32,000 nt of DNA from Nonlabens ponticola (GCF_003966335.1 NZ_CP034549.1:1260001-1292000), one strand, 5' to 3'; positions 16,262 through 25,618 are shown, counted from the first letter of the stretch. Program-made: numbers and translations. The notes: generated by a model from the letters alone, not told the origin.

Positions 16262-18160
16262 ATGTCCACCGTACTCACACATTCCCTATTTACTGACTTT
16301 GATATTGACTTGTTCAAAGCAGGCAAGCATTATCGATTGTACGAGAAGTTTGGTTCTCATGTCATCACTAAAGATGGAGTAGAAGGAACCTATTTTGCGG
16401 TTTGGGCACCAAGTGCCAAGGCTGTTTCCGTCATTGGAGATTTCAATTTTTGGGTAGAAGGTGAACACCCATTGCATGTGCGTTGGGATAGTAGCGGTAT
16501 TTGGGAAGGATTTGTTCCTGGAGTCAAGCATGGTGCGACTTACAAATACAAGATTCACAGTTCGCATAACGATATCAAAACAGAGAAAGCCGATCCATAC
16601 GCACGTCGATGCGAGCATCCACCAAAAACCGCTAGCGTGGTTTGGGATTACAAACCCAACTGGACCGACAAAAAGTGGATGCAAAAGCGCGCCAAACACA
16701 ATGCGCTGGATAGCGCTTATTCTGTTTATGAGGTGCATCTGGGCAGCTGGAAACGCAAGATAGAAGAAGACCGCAGCCTGAGTTTTCTAGAATTGGCTGA
16801 CGAGCTCGTGGATTATGCCAAAAAGATGGAATTCACTCATATCGAGTTTATGCCGATTATGGAGTATCCGTATGATCCATCTTGGGGTTATCAGATCACA
16901 GGATACTTTGCGCCTACCTCAAGATTTGGTTATCCAGAAGAATTTGCACAGTTGGTAGATTCCATTCACAATGCAGGATTAGGAGTAATTCTAGATTGGG
17001 TGCCATCACATTTCCCAGAAGATGCGCACGGTCTAGGATTTTTTGACGGTACCGCTTTGTATGAGCATCCAGATCGCAGACGCGGTTATCATCCAGACTG
17101 GAAATCATTGATCTTTAATTATGGTCGTAATGAAGTCAAAAGTTTTTTAATATCCAACGCTCTTTTCTGGCTAGATCAATATCATGTAGATGGCTTGCGA
17201 GTTGACGCAGTGGCCAGCATGTTATTCCTAGATTATTCAAGAGAAGATGGAGAATGGGAACCTAATGTTCACGGTGGTCGTGAAAACCTGGAAGCCATTG
17301 CTTTTATGCGTGAGATGAACGAGGCAGTCTATCTCAATTATCCAGACACGCAAACCATTGCTGAGGAAAGCACCAGCTTTCCTATGGTAAGCAAGCCTAC
17401 CAGCATAGGTGGTCTTGGTTTTGGGATGAAGTGGATGATGGGCTGGATGCACGACACGTTGGAATATTTCAAGAAAGAGCCTATTTATAGACGCCACCAT
17501 CAAAATGATTTGACGTTCTCCATGACTTATGCTTTTACAGAGAATTTTATGTTGCCACTATCGCACGATGAGGTGGTTTACGGTAAGTCCAGTATTATAG
17601 GTCGCATGCCTGGAGACGATTGGCAGAAGTTTGCCAACCTGCGTTTGCTTTACAGCTACATGTTCACGCATCCAGGCGGTAATTTACTGATGATGGGATC
17701 AGAATTTGGCCAGCATGAAGAATGGAAATTTAATGGCAGTCTTGACTGGCATCTAACAGACTTTGAACCACATAAAGGAATTCAAGCGGTACTTACGGAC
17801 TTGAACAAACTTTACAAAAAACAGCCAGAGCTGCACGAGCTACAGTTTGATGCAGCAGGTTTTGAATGGATCTCACATGAGGATGCTGACAATAGTGTGA
17901 TAAGCTATGTGCGTAAAGGCAAAGACTCACATCTCGTCATCGTTTGTAACATGACGCCAGTACCTAGAGAAAATTATCGCATTGGTTTGCCAGAAAATAA
18001 GAACTATAAATTGCTATTCAATAGCGATGAGTCCAAGTACGGTGGTAGCGACTTTAAAGTCAAAAAATCTATCAAATCTCAAGAAGAGTCGTGGCAATAC
18101 CGTGATCAAAGTGGAGTAGTGGACTTACCGCCGTTGGGAGTTTTGGTGTATGGTATTTGA
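16262..18160 (+). CDS. glgB: 1,4-alpha-glucan branching enzyme
   Basis: ORF 16226-18160. ATG 16262 (MSTVLTHSLFTDFDIDLFKAGKHYRLYEKFGSH) preferred. GH13 motifs DWVPSHF, GLRVDAVASM, AEESTSFP, LPLSHDEVV. Confidence 0.92.
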   Translation: MSTVLTHSLFTDFDIDLFKAGKHYRLYEKFGSHVITKDGVEGTYFAVWAPSAKAVSVIGDFNFWVEGEHPLHVRWDSSGIWEGFVPGVKHGATYKYKIHSSHNDIKTEKADPYARRCEHPPKTASVVWDYKPNWTDKKWMQKRAKHNALDSAYSVYEVHLGSWKRKIEEDRSLSFLELADELVDYAKKMEFTHIEFMPIMEYPYDPSWGYQITGYFAPTSRFGYPEEFAQLVDSIHNAGLGVILDWVPSHFPEDAHGLGFFDGTALYEHPDRRRGYHPDWKSLIFNYGRNEVKSFLISNALFWLDQYHVDGLRVDAVASMLFLDYSREDGEWEPNVHGGRENLEAIAFMREMNEAVYLNYPDTQTIAEESTSFPMVSKPTSIGGLGFGMKWMMGWMHDTLEYFKKEPIYRRHHQNDLTFSMTYAFTENFMLPLSHDEVVYGKSSIIGRMPGDDWQKFANLRLLYSYMFTHPGGNLLMMGSEFGQHEEWKFNGSLDWHLTDFEPHKGIQAVLTDLNKLYKKQPELHELQFDAAGFEWISHEDADNSVISYVRKGKDSHLVIVCNMTPVPRENYRIGLPENKNYKLLFNSDESKYGGSDFKVKKSIKSQEESWQYRDQSGVVDLPPLGVLVYGI

Positions 18161-18429
18161 ATCTAGTCTATGACTGACGAAGAGAGCTAATTATGCTTCT
18201 AGATGTTTAGAAAAAATAAGTGATGAGTTGTCGATAGCTTATCAAGACGATGATGGCCTAGGAGAGATCGCTAAAGGAGTAAAAAAATACGTTTGGAAAA
18301 TAGCAGATCTGGCATCTGATAAAGAGAATCAGTTAAAATAATCCACCAACGTTTCCATTACTGCCGTTAAACTTCCCACAATCACAGCTCGATCGCTCAT
18401 CCATCCTCTAACTTGTAAGAAAACAAGAA

Positions 18430-18831
18430 ATGATGAATATTACCTTAAAGCAGGCGGAAGCCTTAATTGAAAAAGCAAAGTCTAAAGCGGTAGAGCTAGA
18501 TACCAAAATGAACATAAGCATCGTCGATGCAGGAGCAAATCAGGTTGCTTTTGTACGTATGGATGGTGCTTGGTTAGGTAGCGCAGACATTGCACTCAAG
18601 AAAGCCAAAACCGCTAGATTTTTTGATATGCCATCTGGTGAGATTGGTAAAATATCACAGCCTGGCGAGTCGCTATTCAATATTGAGCATTCTAATGGTG
18701 GTCTTATTACGTTTCCAGGTGGATTGCCGCTTAAAAATAAGGATGGCGAGATCATAGGCGCAGTTGGCGTAAGCGGCAGTACCGTAGAAAATGATCACGC
18801 AGTGGCTAGCGCAGCAGCACAGGCTATGTAA
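18430..18831 (+). CDS. GlcG/HbpS-family (DUF336) heme-binding protein
   Basis: 133 aa. [34 protein letters not shown]...GGLPL...[21 protein letters not shown] is typical of DUF336. Confidence 0.8.
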   Translation: MMNITLKQAEALIEKAKSKAVELDTKMNISIVDAGANQVAFVRMDGAWLGSADIALKKAKTARFFDMPSGEIGKISQPGESLFNIEHSNGGLITFPGGLPLKNKDGEIIGAVGVSGSTVENDHAVASAAAQAM

Positions 18832-18855
18832 AATAATTGTTGCTATCAAAATAAT

Positions 18856-18888
18856 AAAAGCTCAGTCTGATAAAGGCTGAGCTTTTTA
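18856..18888 (+). terminator. Rho-independent terminator after the GlcG-like gene
   Basis: aaaAGCTCAGTC-tgataaa-GGCTGAGCTtttt. Confidence 0.75.
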
Positions 18889-18905
18889 TGATTCATAATC
18901 TGTCA

Positions 18906-18938
18906 CAAAAAAACGCGACCATAAAAATATGATCGCGC
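18906..18938 (-). terminator. Putative terminator after the DUF4382 gene
   Basis: cgcgaccat / atgatcgcg stem with one mismatch. A 7-8 nt U-run follows on the minus strand. Confidence 0.5.
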
Positions 18939-18961
18939 TTTGATAAGTTTTTGATCTCTAC

Positions 18962-19828
18962 TTAATCTTGATCAAAGTCCACTAATTCAAGTGTAGTCAC
19001 TGCACCTGTGGAGACCTCTACATCGTTTACTACGATAGTACGAGTTTCTGTAGTGTCATCGTCTTCATCATTATCATTGTCACTACCAGGAACTTCTTGT
19101 TCAAAAGTCACTGTGTAGGTTCCAGCTGGTACACCACTCAGGCGATAATTACCATCTGCATTGGTAAAGGTCGTGATCTCGTCAACACCATTGCTGGCTG
19201 TCACAAGCGTTTGAACATCAATAGGGTTTACAGATCCTGCGATCGCGCCAGACGCAGCCTCAAGCTGTGTGCGTATGACTGGTTTTAATGAAAATCCGCC
19301 ATTACCTTGTCTTACGATCGACTTATCGGCATCAAAATCCAAAACGAAATTGTAAAGAATACCGCTTTCAATCTCTTCGTTTACCTGCAGTTTTAATCCA
19401 GATTGTTGTGCACTAGGTGTTCTCAAAGGGAAAGATTCACCATCAATCACAACCGAATTGTCATCACCTAAAATCAGGCGTATCTGGCTTATTCTACCCG
19501 CAGGAATTTCATCGTCTGCAAGGATCACGTTCTCACCACCAGTAAGTTCCAGTAGGTCATAAACGCCGGTGTTATCCATGTTGATGATAACCGTGTTCTC
19601 ATCTTCATCGATATCGTCAATGTCGTCGCTGTCATTATCATCGTCCACATCTCCATTGTACTTTACCACAATTCCTTGAACATCAACAAAAACATTGTCA
19701 TAATCGCCAGGAGCATCGACCAATTTAAAAGTAACACGCGCGGTGCCATCATTGTTGTCATCATCGCTACAGGAAACAATTCCTATAAACATCAATGGAA
19801 TTAACATCCATTTCAATACATTTTTCAT
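18962..19828 (-). CDS. DUF4382-like lipoprotein with C-terminal carboxypeptidase-regulatory-like domain and poly-acidic tracts
   Basis: ORF 18962-19858. ATG 19828 (MKNVLKWMLIPLMFIGIVSCSDD, lipobox) preferred. TFKLVDAPGDYDNVFVDVQGIVV is the DUF4382 opening. GNYRLSGVPAGTYTVTF is CarboxypepD_reg-like. Confidence 0.6.
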   Translation of the reverse strand: MKNVLKWMLIPLMFIGIVSCSDDDNNDGTARVTFKLVDAPGDYDNVFVDVQGIVVKYNGDVDDDNDSDDIDDIDEDENTVIINMDNTGVYDLLELTGGENVILADDEIPAGRISQIRLILGDDNSVVIDGESFPLRTPSAQQSGLKLQVNEEIESGILYNFVLDFDADKSIVRQGNGGFSLKPVIRTQLEAASGAIAGSVNPIDVQTLVTASNGVDEITTFTNADGNYRLSGVPAGTYTVTFEQEVPGSDNDNDEDDDTTETRTIVVNDVEVSTGAVTTLELVDFDQD

Positions 19829-20014
19829 AATTAGGGTTTTAATTAAAAATTTAGGCAATTCTAAGGGCGAACTGCGCTATCAAGATTCGGCTTAACTTTC
19901 TTTAACTGCGATCTTAACACGTCATTAAACATCAGAAATTAAGATATATTGCTCAATAGCCCGTATTTCTTAGGGTGATAAGCATTTGTTGTATTAGAAT
20001 GATGTTTTTGTTTA

Positions 20015-20028
20015 TGCTTTCGCGAAAG
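20015..20028. repeat. GCTTTCGCGAAAGC palindrome, copy 7 (divergent intergenic DUF4382/GH31)
   Basis: Exact 14/14, followed by GTAAT. Confidence 0.95.
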
Positions 20029-20169
20029 CGTAATTATCGACAAACTGCACCGCAAACCTTTGCGCAACTAGATCACCATCAAGCATGAGAACTAGTGGGA
20101 TTTTATTATTTTACCAAGCACTAGCAGTAGGGTTAATTACTGCTTCAAAATACTGAATATCATCATTTT

Positions 20170-22572
20170 ATGATTACAAATACTGAATTAAATAATCAGG
20201 GAAATGTCTTCCCTGGAAAGTTGACGTCCTTTGATCACACGGTCGATACCTTAATGTTTTCAACAGATAATGGCGTGATACTGCAATTGCAGGTGCTGCG
20301 TGACAGTGTGCTACGTTTTAGGTACGGTGTAGGCGGCAAGATGGAAGATGATTTTTCCTATGCCATCGATCATAGCGGTAATCGTGGTTACAATAAGTTA
20401 GAAGTAAGCGAGCATAAAGATTATTATGAGGTGCAAACCAGTAAGGTGCTGTGCCGCATTTCTAAAGCAGATTTGCGCTCACGCATCTTTGATATAGATG
20501 GCAAGATCATTTGTGAGGATGAGCTAGGCTTTCACTATGAAGAGAGCTATCAATACGGCGGTGAGATCGTCAAGATGTCCAAAAAAGCACAGCCTGGCGA
20601 GAGCTACTACGGCCTAGGCGACAAGCCAGCAGATATGAACATGCGCGCCAAGCGTTTTGAGCTTTGGGGTACTGATCAATATGCTTTTGGAAAACAAACA
20701 GACCCACTTTATAAGAATGTACCATTTTACGTAGGATTGCAGAATAAAACGGCCTACGGTATTTTCTTTGACAATACATTTAGATCCTATTTTGATTTTG
20801 CCCACGAGCGTCATCACGTGACCAGCTTCTGGGCGCAAGGTGGTTCCATGGACTATTATTTTATCTACGGTCCAGATGTGAATAGCGTCGTGAGCGGTTA
20901 TACAGAGTTGACTGGTAAACCCGAGTTGCCACCATTGTGGGCGCTGGGTTATCACCAGTGTAAGTGGAGTTACTATCCTGAAAGCAACGTGAGAGAAATC
21001 GCGGCAAAATTCCGCGAGCTGCAGATTCCTTGTGATGCGATCTATCTGGATATTGATTACATGGATGGATTCCGTTGTTTTACATGGGATAATGATAAGT
21101 TCCCAGATCCTACCAAAATGATTAGCGATTTGCGGGAAGATGGTTTCAAGACCATCGCCATCATCGATCCAGGAATTAAGGTAGATCCAGATTATAGTGT
21201 CTACCAAGAAGCCATGGACAACGATTACTTCTGTAAGCGTGCCGACGGTCCTTACATGAAAGGTAAAGTGTGGCCAGGCCAGTGCTATTTCCCAGATTAC
21301 ACCAATCCTGAAGTGCGTGAATGGTGGGCTGGATTGTTTAAAGGCTTGATTGCTGATAATGGATTATCGGGTATCTGGAATGATATGAACGAGCCTGCGG
21401 TCATGGAAGTGCCTAATAAGACGTTTCCAGACGACGTGCGCCACGATTATGACGGGCATCCTTGCTCGCATAGAAAAGCGCACAACATCTATGGAATGCA
21501 AATGGCACGCGCGACGTATGAAGGCGTGAAGAAATTTATTTACCCTAAGCGCCCTTTTGTAATTACACGATCTGCCTATTCTGGAACGCAGCGTTATACC
21601 AGCAGCTGGTTTGGCGATAATGTAGCGACTTGGGAACACTTGAGCATTGCAAATATCCAGGCACAACGCATGGCGCTATCAGGAATGTCCTTTGCAGGAT
21701 CTGATATTGGTGGCTTTGCAGAACAGCCTACAGGCGAGCTTTTTGCCAGATGGATTGCGCTAGGTGTGTTCCATCCGTTTTGTAGGGTGCATTCCAGTGG
21801 TGATCATGGCGATCAAGAACCATGGACTTTTGACGAGAACGTTACCAACATCACAAGAAAGTTTGTGGAGTTGCGATATAAGTTATTGCCATACCTATAC
21901 ACCACTTTCTGGCAATATGCTGAAGAAGGCACACCAATGCTGAAGTCTCTAGTGATCTATGATCAAGAAGATGCTCAAACACATTACCGCAACGATGAGT
22001 TCATTTTTGGTGATCAGATACTGGTTTGTCCAGTATTGGAGCCTAATGCTAAAGGTCGTCGCATGTACATACCGCGAGGCGAGTGGTACAATTACTGGAC
22101 TCGTGAGACCATCACAGGTGGTCGTGAGGAATGGGTAGATGCAGATATTGACAGCATTCCGCTATTTGTGAAATCTGGTTCAATCATACCGCGTTATCCA
22201 GTGATGCAGTATGTAGGCGAGAAGAAGATTGAGTTCCTGACGCTAGACGTTTATTACACCATAGGCAAAGAAAAGTCCATCGTGTATGAAGATGCTAATG
22301 ATGGTTACGATTATAAGAAAGGCCGTTTCAGTTTACGTAATTTGAAGTTCAAAGGCTCTGAAAAAGAGATGGTGATTTCACAATACAAAGACGGTAAATT
22401 CAAAACGGAATATGAAACACTGCGTTTTAATTTCATCGGTTTGCCATTTGAGATTGATTATGTTGAGGTTGATAATGCAAAAATCCCGCTAGAAGAATTG
22501 AAGTATGATGTCAAGACCCAAACCATGTACATCCACAAAGAATTTAGTGAGTTACATGTGGTAGGGAAATAG
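20170..22572 (+). CDS. GH31 alpha-glucosidase
   Basis: 800 aa. YHQCKWSY, DAIYLDIDYMD and GIWNDMNEP (nucleophile region), FAGSDIGGF. Confidence 0.9.
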   Translation: MITNTELNNQGNVFPGKLTSFDHTVDTLMFSTDNGVILQLQVLRDSVLRFRYGVGGKMEDDFSYAIDHSGNRGYNKLEVSEHKDYYEVQTSKVLCRISKADLRSRIFDIDGKIICEDELGFHYEESYQYGGEIVKMSKKAQPGESYYGLGDKPADMNMRAKRFELWGTDQYAFGKQTDPLYKNVPFYVGLQNKTAYGIFFDNTFRSYFDFAHERHHVTSFWAQGGSMDYYFIYGPDVNSVVSGYTELTGKPELPPLWALGYHQCKWSYYPESNVREIAAKFRELQIPCDAIYLDIDYMDGFRCFTWDNDKFPDPTKMISDLREDGFKTIAIIDPGIKVDPDYSVYQEAMDNDYFCKRADGPYMKGKVWPGQCYFPDYTNPEVREWWAGLFKGLIADNGLSGIWNDMNEPAVMEVPNKTFPDDVRHDYDGHPCSHRKAHNIYGMQMARATYEGVKKFIYPKRPFVITRSAYSGTQRYTSSWFGDNVATWEHLSIANIQAQRMALSGMSFAGSDIGGFAEQPTGELFARWIALGVFHPFCRVHSSGDHGDQEPWTFDENVTNITRKFVELRYKLLPYLYTTFWQYAEEGTPMLKSLVIYDQEDAQTHYRNDEFIFGDQILVCPVLEPNAKGRRMYIPRGEWYNYWTRETITGGREEWVDADIDSIPLFVKSGSIIPRYPVMQYVGEKKIEFLTLDVYYTIGKEKSIVYEDANDGYDYKKGRFSLRNLKFKGSEKEMVISQYKDGKFKTEYETLRFNFIGLPFEIDYVEVDNAKIPLEELKYDVKTQTMYIHKEFSELHVVGK

Positions 22573-22594
22573 TGTTTATCACTATAATGAAATA

Positions 22595-22630
22595 AACCTG
22601 ACTGTTTTAGAGCGGTCAGGTTTTTTGTTT
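22595..22630 (+). terminator. Rho-independent terminator after the GH31 gene
   Basis: CCTGACTG-ttttagag-CGGTCAGGttttttgttt. Confidence 0.8.
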
Positions 22631-22648
22631 TAGTAATTGTTGCTGTTC

Positions 22649-22685
22649 CGCTTTCCTGCCTGCCGGCAGGCAGGCGCGAAAGCGT
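22649..22685. repeat. Split copy of the palindrome carrying a nested 20-bp GC-rich palindrome
   Basis: CGCTTTC-CTGCCTGCCGGCAGGCAGG-CGCGAAAGCG. The inner CCTGCCTGCCGGCAGGCAGG (22655-22674) is itself a perfect palindrome. Followed by TAAAT. Confidence 0.9.
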
Positions 22686-22703
22686 AAATAACCAATAGGT
22701 CAA

Positions 22704-22736
22704 AACAAAAAAGGCGATCCACTGGATCGCCTTTTG
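22704..22736 (-). terminator. Rho-independent terminator after the OMP gene (weakly bidirectional)
   Basis: aaaaaaGGCGATCCactGGATCGCCtttt. The longer U-run is on the minus strand. Confidence 0.75.
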
Positions 22737-22754
22737 ATGTGTTTGAAGTATGTT

Positions 22755-23351
22755 CTAGAATCTCCAACCGAAATTCACGCCACCGCGACCGGTTACCTCT
22801 GGTAGATAATCATCTTCTGGTTCGTCTGCCAGACCTAGATTACGGCCTATTCCCAAATTGATATCGATTAAGAAACCAGAATTGCTTACCCATTTCCAGC
22901 CTATTCCGGCACCGATGGCTGTCTCAAAATAAGACTCACTTGTAGTTGTAGAAAAACCTTGATTGCTGTCGAAGTTGTAATAATCATCCTCAAAAGTGTA
23001 GAATTTCAAAAACCCTTCTGCGTAAAAGCCTTTAGCACCATAGTCCTCTTTAGAGAAGAAGTACTGTCTGTAGTAGGGCGTTAAACTAAAGGTTTCTCTA
23101 TAATCAAGGTCATCCTCATCTGCTATACCGATGTTTAAGTCTGCACCAACACCACTGTAGCGTCCTAGAACATATTCATAACGCGGATTGATCCCTAAAC
23201 CTGCGATACCTGCTACTACGTCTAGGCTAACTTCATGGCGTTTTTGATTATTGAATTCTTCTAGTCTTCTTTCTGAATCAGTTTGGTCCGTATCCTGGGC
23301 AAATGCAGTACCTGCTGCTAGTATTGCAGCTACAAATAATAGTTTCTTCAT
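22755..23351 (-). CDS. Outer-membrane beta-barrel protein
   Basis: 198 aa. Signal peptide MKKLLFVAAILAAGTAFAQ. Alternating aromatic/Gly-rich strands. C-terminal GGVNFGWRF ends in Phe. Confidence 0.6.
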   Translation of the reverse strand: MKKLLFVAAILAAGTAFAQDTDQTDSERRLEEFNNQKRHEVSLDVVAGIAGLGINPRYEYVLGRYSGVGADLNIGIADEDDLDYRETFSLTPYYRQYFFSKEDYGAKGFYAEGFLKFYTFEDDYYNFDSNQGFSTTTSESYFETAIGAGIGWKWVSNSGFLIDINLGIGRNLGLADEPEDDYLPEVTGRGGVNFGWRF

Positions 23352-23454
23352 GATTGATTGGTTTATTCTAAGATGCCGAAGATAAGCAAAGGTTGCATCA
23401 GCTTTAGAATTTACTTACGGATAGTAGATTATCAGAATGAAACAATTCACGCAA

Positions 23455-23820
23455 TTATTGCGACGCTAGTTCTAAATCGATGCACTCTTGAACATATTTT
23501 GCAATCAAAGCCCGATCTAATACTTCACCTTGCTGAAATTTCATCTGTCTTAGCATTTTGGTTTTTCCTGGCTGCGCATTTACAAGTACACCAAATGGGT
23601 CTGACAATAAGCTTCCCTTGTGAAACCAGAGCGCGCAATGATGTTTAAAGGCTACCATTCCTATCAAATTTTTGCCCTTTAAGGTGTAGCACGGCGCGCC
23701 CCATTTAATTTCTGGTACAAGTATCGTGTCTTCCAGGATTTCCCGCATGATGGTAAGCTGTTGTTCCCATTGCGGGTACATAGCGATGTATTCAGTTGTG
23801 TTGGTGGCTTTCGTTTTCAT
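23455..23820 (-). CDS. DUF1801 (YdhG-like) domain protein
   Basis: 121 aa. EIKWGAPCYTLKGKNLIGMVAFKHHCALWF pattern is typical of DUF1801. Confidence 0.6.
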   Translation of the reverse strand: MKTKATNTTEYIAMYPQWEQQLTIMREILEDTILVPEIKWGAPCYTLKGKNLIGMVAFKHHCALWFHKGSLLSDPFGVLVNAQPGKTKMLRQMKFQQGEVLDRALIAKYVQECIDLELASQ

Positions 23821-23828
23821 TGCATAGA

Positions 23829-25061
23829 CTATTTCTTCCGTGCCACCAACTCTGCTATGCGCACGATGACCTTACTGGCTGCGATCATACTTTCTACAGG
23901 CACATATTCATAAGGCCCGTGAAAATTATGTCCACCTGCAAAAATATTGGGACAAGGCAAACCCATATAGCTTAGTTGCGATCCATCAGTACCACCTCGT
24001 ATGGGTTTAATGATGGGTTCAATATCTAGGTCTTTCATGGCCTGTTCTGCAATTTCGACGATGTGCATGACGGGCTCGACCTTTTCTTTCATGTTAAAAT
24101 ATTGATCCTTGATCTCGATGCTTACGGCATCTGTATCATATTGTGCGTTGAGGTCGGCCACTAGCTTGCGCATCATTTCCTTGCGAGCCTCAAAATGATC
24201 CTTGTCATGATCGCGTATGATATAGTGCAATTTGGTTTCCTCAACGGCACCTTCCATATCGTGTAAGTGGAAAAATCCTTGATAGTCCTCTGTATGTTCT
24301 GGTGTTTCCAGTCGTGGCAGCGACCCTATAAACTCTGTCGCAATGTACATTGAATTGATCATCTTGCCTTTGGCATATCCTGGATGTACAATCTTGCCTT
24401 TGACCGTTACTACGGCACCAGCAGCGTTGAAATTCTCATATTCCAGCTCACCTATCTGACTACCGTCCATAGTGTAAGCCCAATCTGCACCAAATTTTGC
24501 CACCTCAAATTTGTGCGCGCCACGACCTATTTCCTCATCTGGTGTAAAGCCTATTTTAATGTCGCCATGCTTGATTTCTGGATGATCCATGAGGTGTTTT
24601 GCCGCTGTCATGATCTCGGTTATTCCAGCCTTATCGTCTGCGGCAAGCAGTGTAGTACCGTCAGTTGTGATGATGGTCTGGCCTTTGTATTGCTTTAAAT
24701 CTTCAAAATAGTCAGGCGATAGGATCAGATCGCTGCCTTTGAGAGGTATATCATCGCCGTCATAGTTTTCTATGATTTGCGGTTTGATGTTAGCACCCGT
24801 AAAGTCTGGCGTGCTGTCAAAATGTGATATAAAACCTATGGTAGGTGCTTCACGATCAAGGTTTGATGGTATAGTCGCCATCACATAGGCATTCTCATCA
24901 ATCGATGCATCACTCAATCCCATGTCCAATAATTCCTGATGCAGCTTGCGCGCAAGATTCCATTGTTTTTCTGTACTAGGCGTGGTATCGCTGGCTGGAT
25001 CAGACTCTGTATCAATGGTGATGTAACTTATAAATCTATCGGTAATCTCTTGGTGTGTCAT
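23829..25061 (-). CDS. pepT: Peptidase T (tripeptide aminopeptidase, M20B)
   Basis: 410 aa. RFISYITIDTESD, GFISHFDSTPD, LLAADDKAGI, FTPDEEIGRGA, MDGS..GELEYENFNAA. Confidence 0.9.
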   Translation of the reverse strand: MTHQEITDRFISYITIDTESDPASDTTPSTEKQWNLARKLHQELLDMGLSDASIDENAYVMATIPSNLDREAPTIGFISHFDSTPDFTGANIKPQIIENYDGDDIPLKGSDLILSPDYFEDLKQYKGQTIITTDGTTLLAADDKAGITEIMTAAKHLMDHPEIKHGDIKIGFTPDEEIGRGAHKFEVAKFGADWAYTMDGSQIGELEYENFNAAGAVVTVKGKIVHPGYAKGKMINSMYIATEFIGSLPRLETPEHTEDYQGFFHLHDMEGAVEETKLHYIIRDHDKDHFEARKEMMRKLVADLNAQYDTDAVSIEIKDQYFNMKEKVEPVMHIVEIAEQAMKDLDIEPIIKPIRGGTDGSQLSYMGLPCPNIFAGGHNFHGPYEYVPVESMIAASKVIVRIAELVARKK

Positions 25062-25169
25062 GATGTGCTATGAAAAATCTCGAATTTTGAATGGTGTCAA
25101 GATAACACTTGCACGTATTTGGACATGCTAGGATCAGCTTAAAATTTGCAGGATGTTGTTGTTGATTAC

Positions 25170-25183
25170 GCTTTCGCGAAAGC
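25170..25183. repeat. GCTTTCGCGAAAGC palindrome, copy 8 (intergenic upstream of pepT)
   Basis: Exact 14/14, preceded by ATTAC. Confidence 0.95.
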
Positions 25184-25207
25184 TAAATAGCCACCAAAAT
25201 TCTAACG

Positions 25208-25618
25208 CTAGAATTGCATATTGCAAGCGAAAGGATTTTCTATCTGTGAAAAAATCGTGTTCTTGCCAGCCTCGTAGAGCGCGCGATTAGTGTACTTGTA
25301 CTTCACAGCATACTGGTCAACCGAGGTAAAATTAATGAGCATATTCTCATACGTTTGCGACAACTGGTCCTGGTAATTGTCGATTTGCATAGGAGAGACT
25401 GAACTTTGTACTGAAAATACTTGTGCATTTACCTTTAATGGATTCCAAAACCTAAGTCTTGAGGTATTGGTTTTCATAGGTTTTGATATTACAGAAGTAG
25501 GTTGATAGGCCACCGTATTGAGTAATAATGACTGAGATTTTTGTGCACTGTTAGACTGATGCTGAGCCAAAGCAAAACTTGCCATGAGGATCGTAAAGAA
25601 TGTGAACGCTACTTTCAT
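25208..25618 (-). CDS. Hypothetical secreted protein
   Basis: 136 aa. Signal peptide MKVAFTFFTILMASFALAQ. No recognised family. Confidence 0.5.
   Translation of the reverse strand: MKVAFTFFTILMASFALAQHQSNSAQKSQSLLLNTVAYQPTSVISKPMKTNTSRLRFWNPLKVNAQVFSVQSSVSPMQIDNYQDQLSQTYENMLINFTSVDQYAVKYKYTNRALYEAGKNTIFSQIENPFACNMQF

Noticed and set aside
20123-20144. Hairpin agcagta-gggttaat-tactgct in the GH31 5' region as a riboswitch or attenuator
   Set aside because: It is a single 7-bp stem with no U-tract, no alternative pairing and no recognisable riboswitch core. The evidence is insufficient.
20614-21207. 197-aa minus-strand ORF inside the GH31 gene. Similar long antisense ORFs occur at 16286-16738 (glgB), 13596-14006 (glgE) and 25832-26206 (cca).
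   Set aside because: All lie wholly within strongly supported genes on the other strand, show no recognisable motifs and have odd composition. They are typical shadow ORFs.
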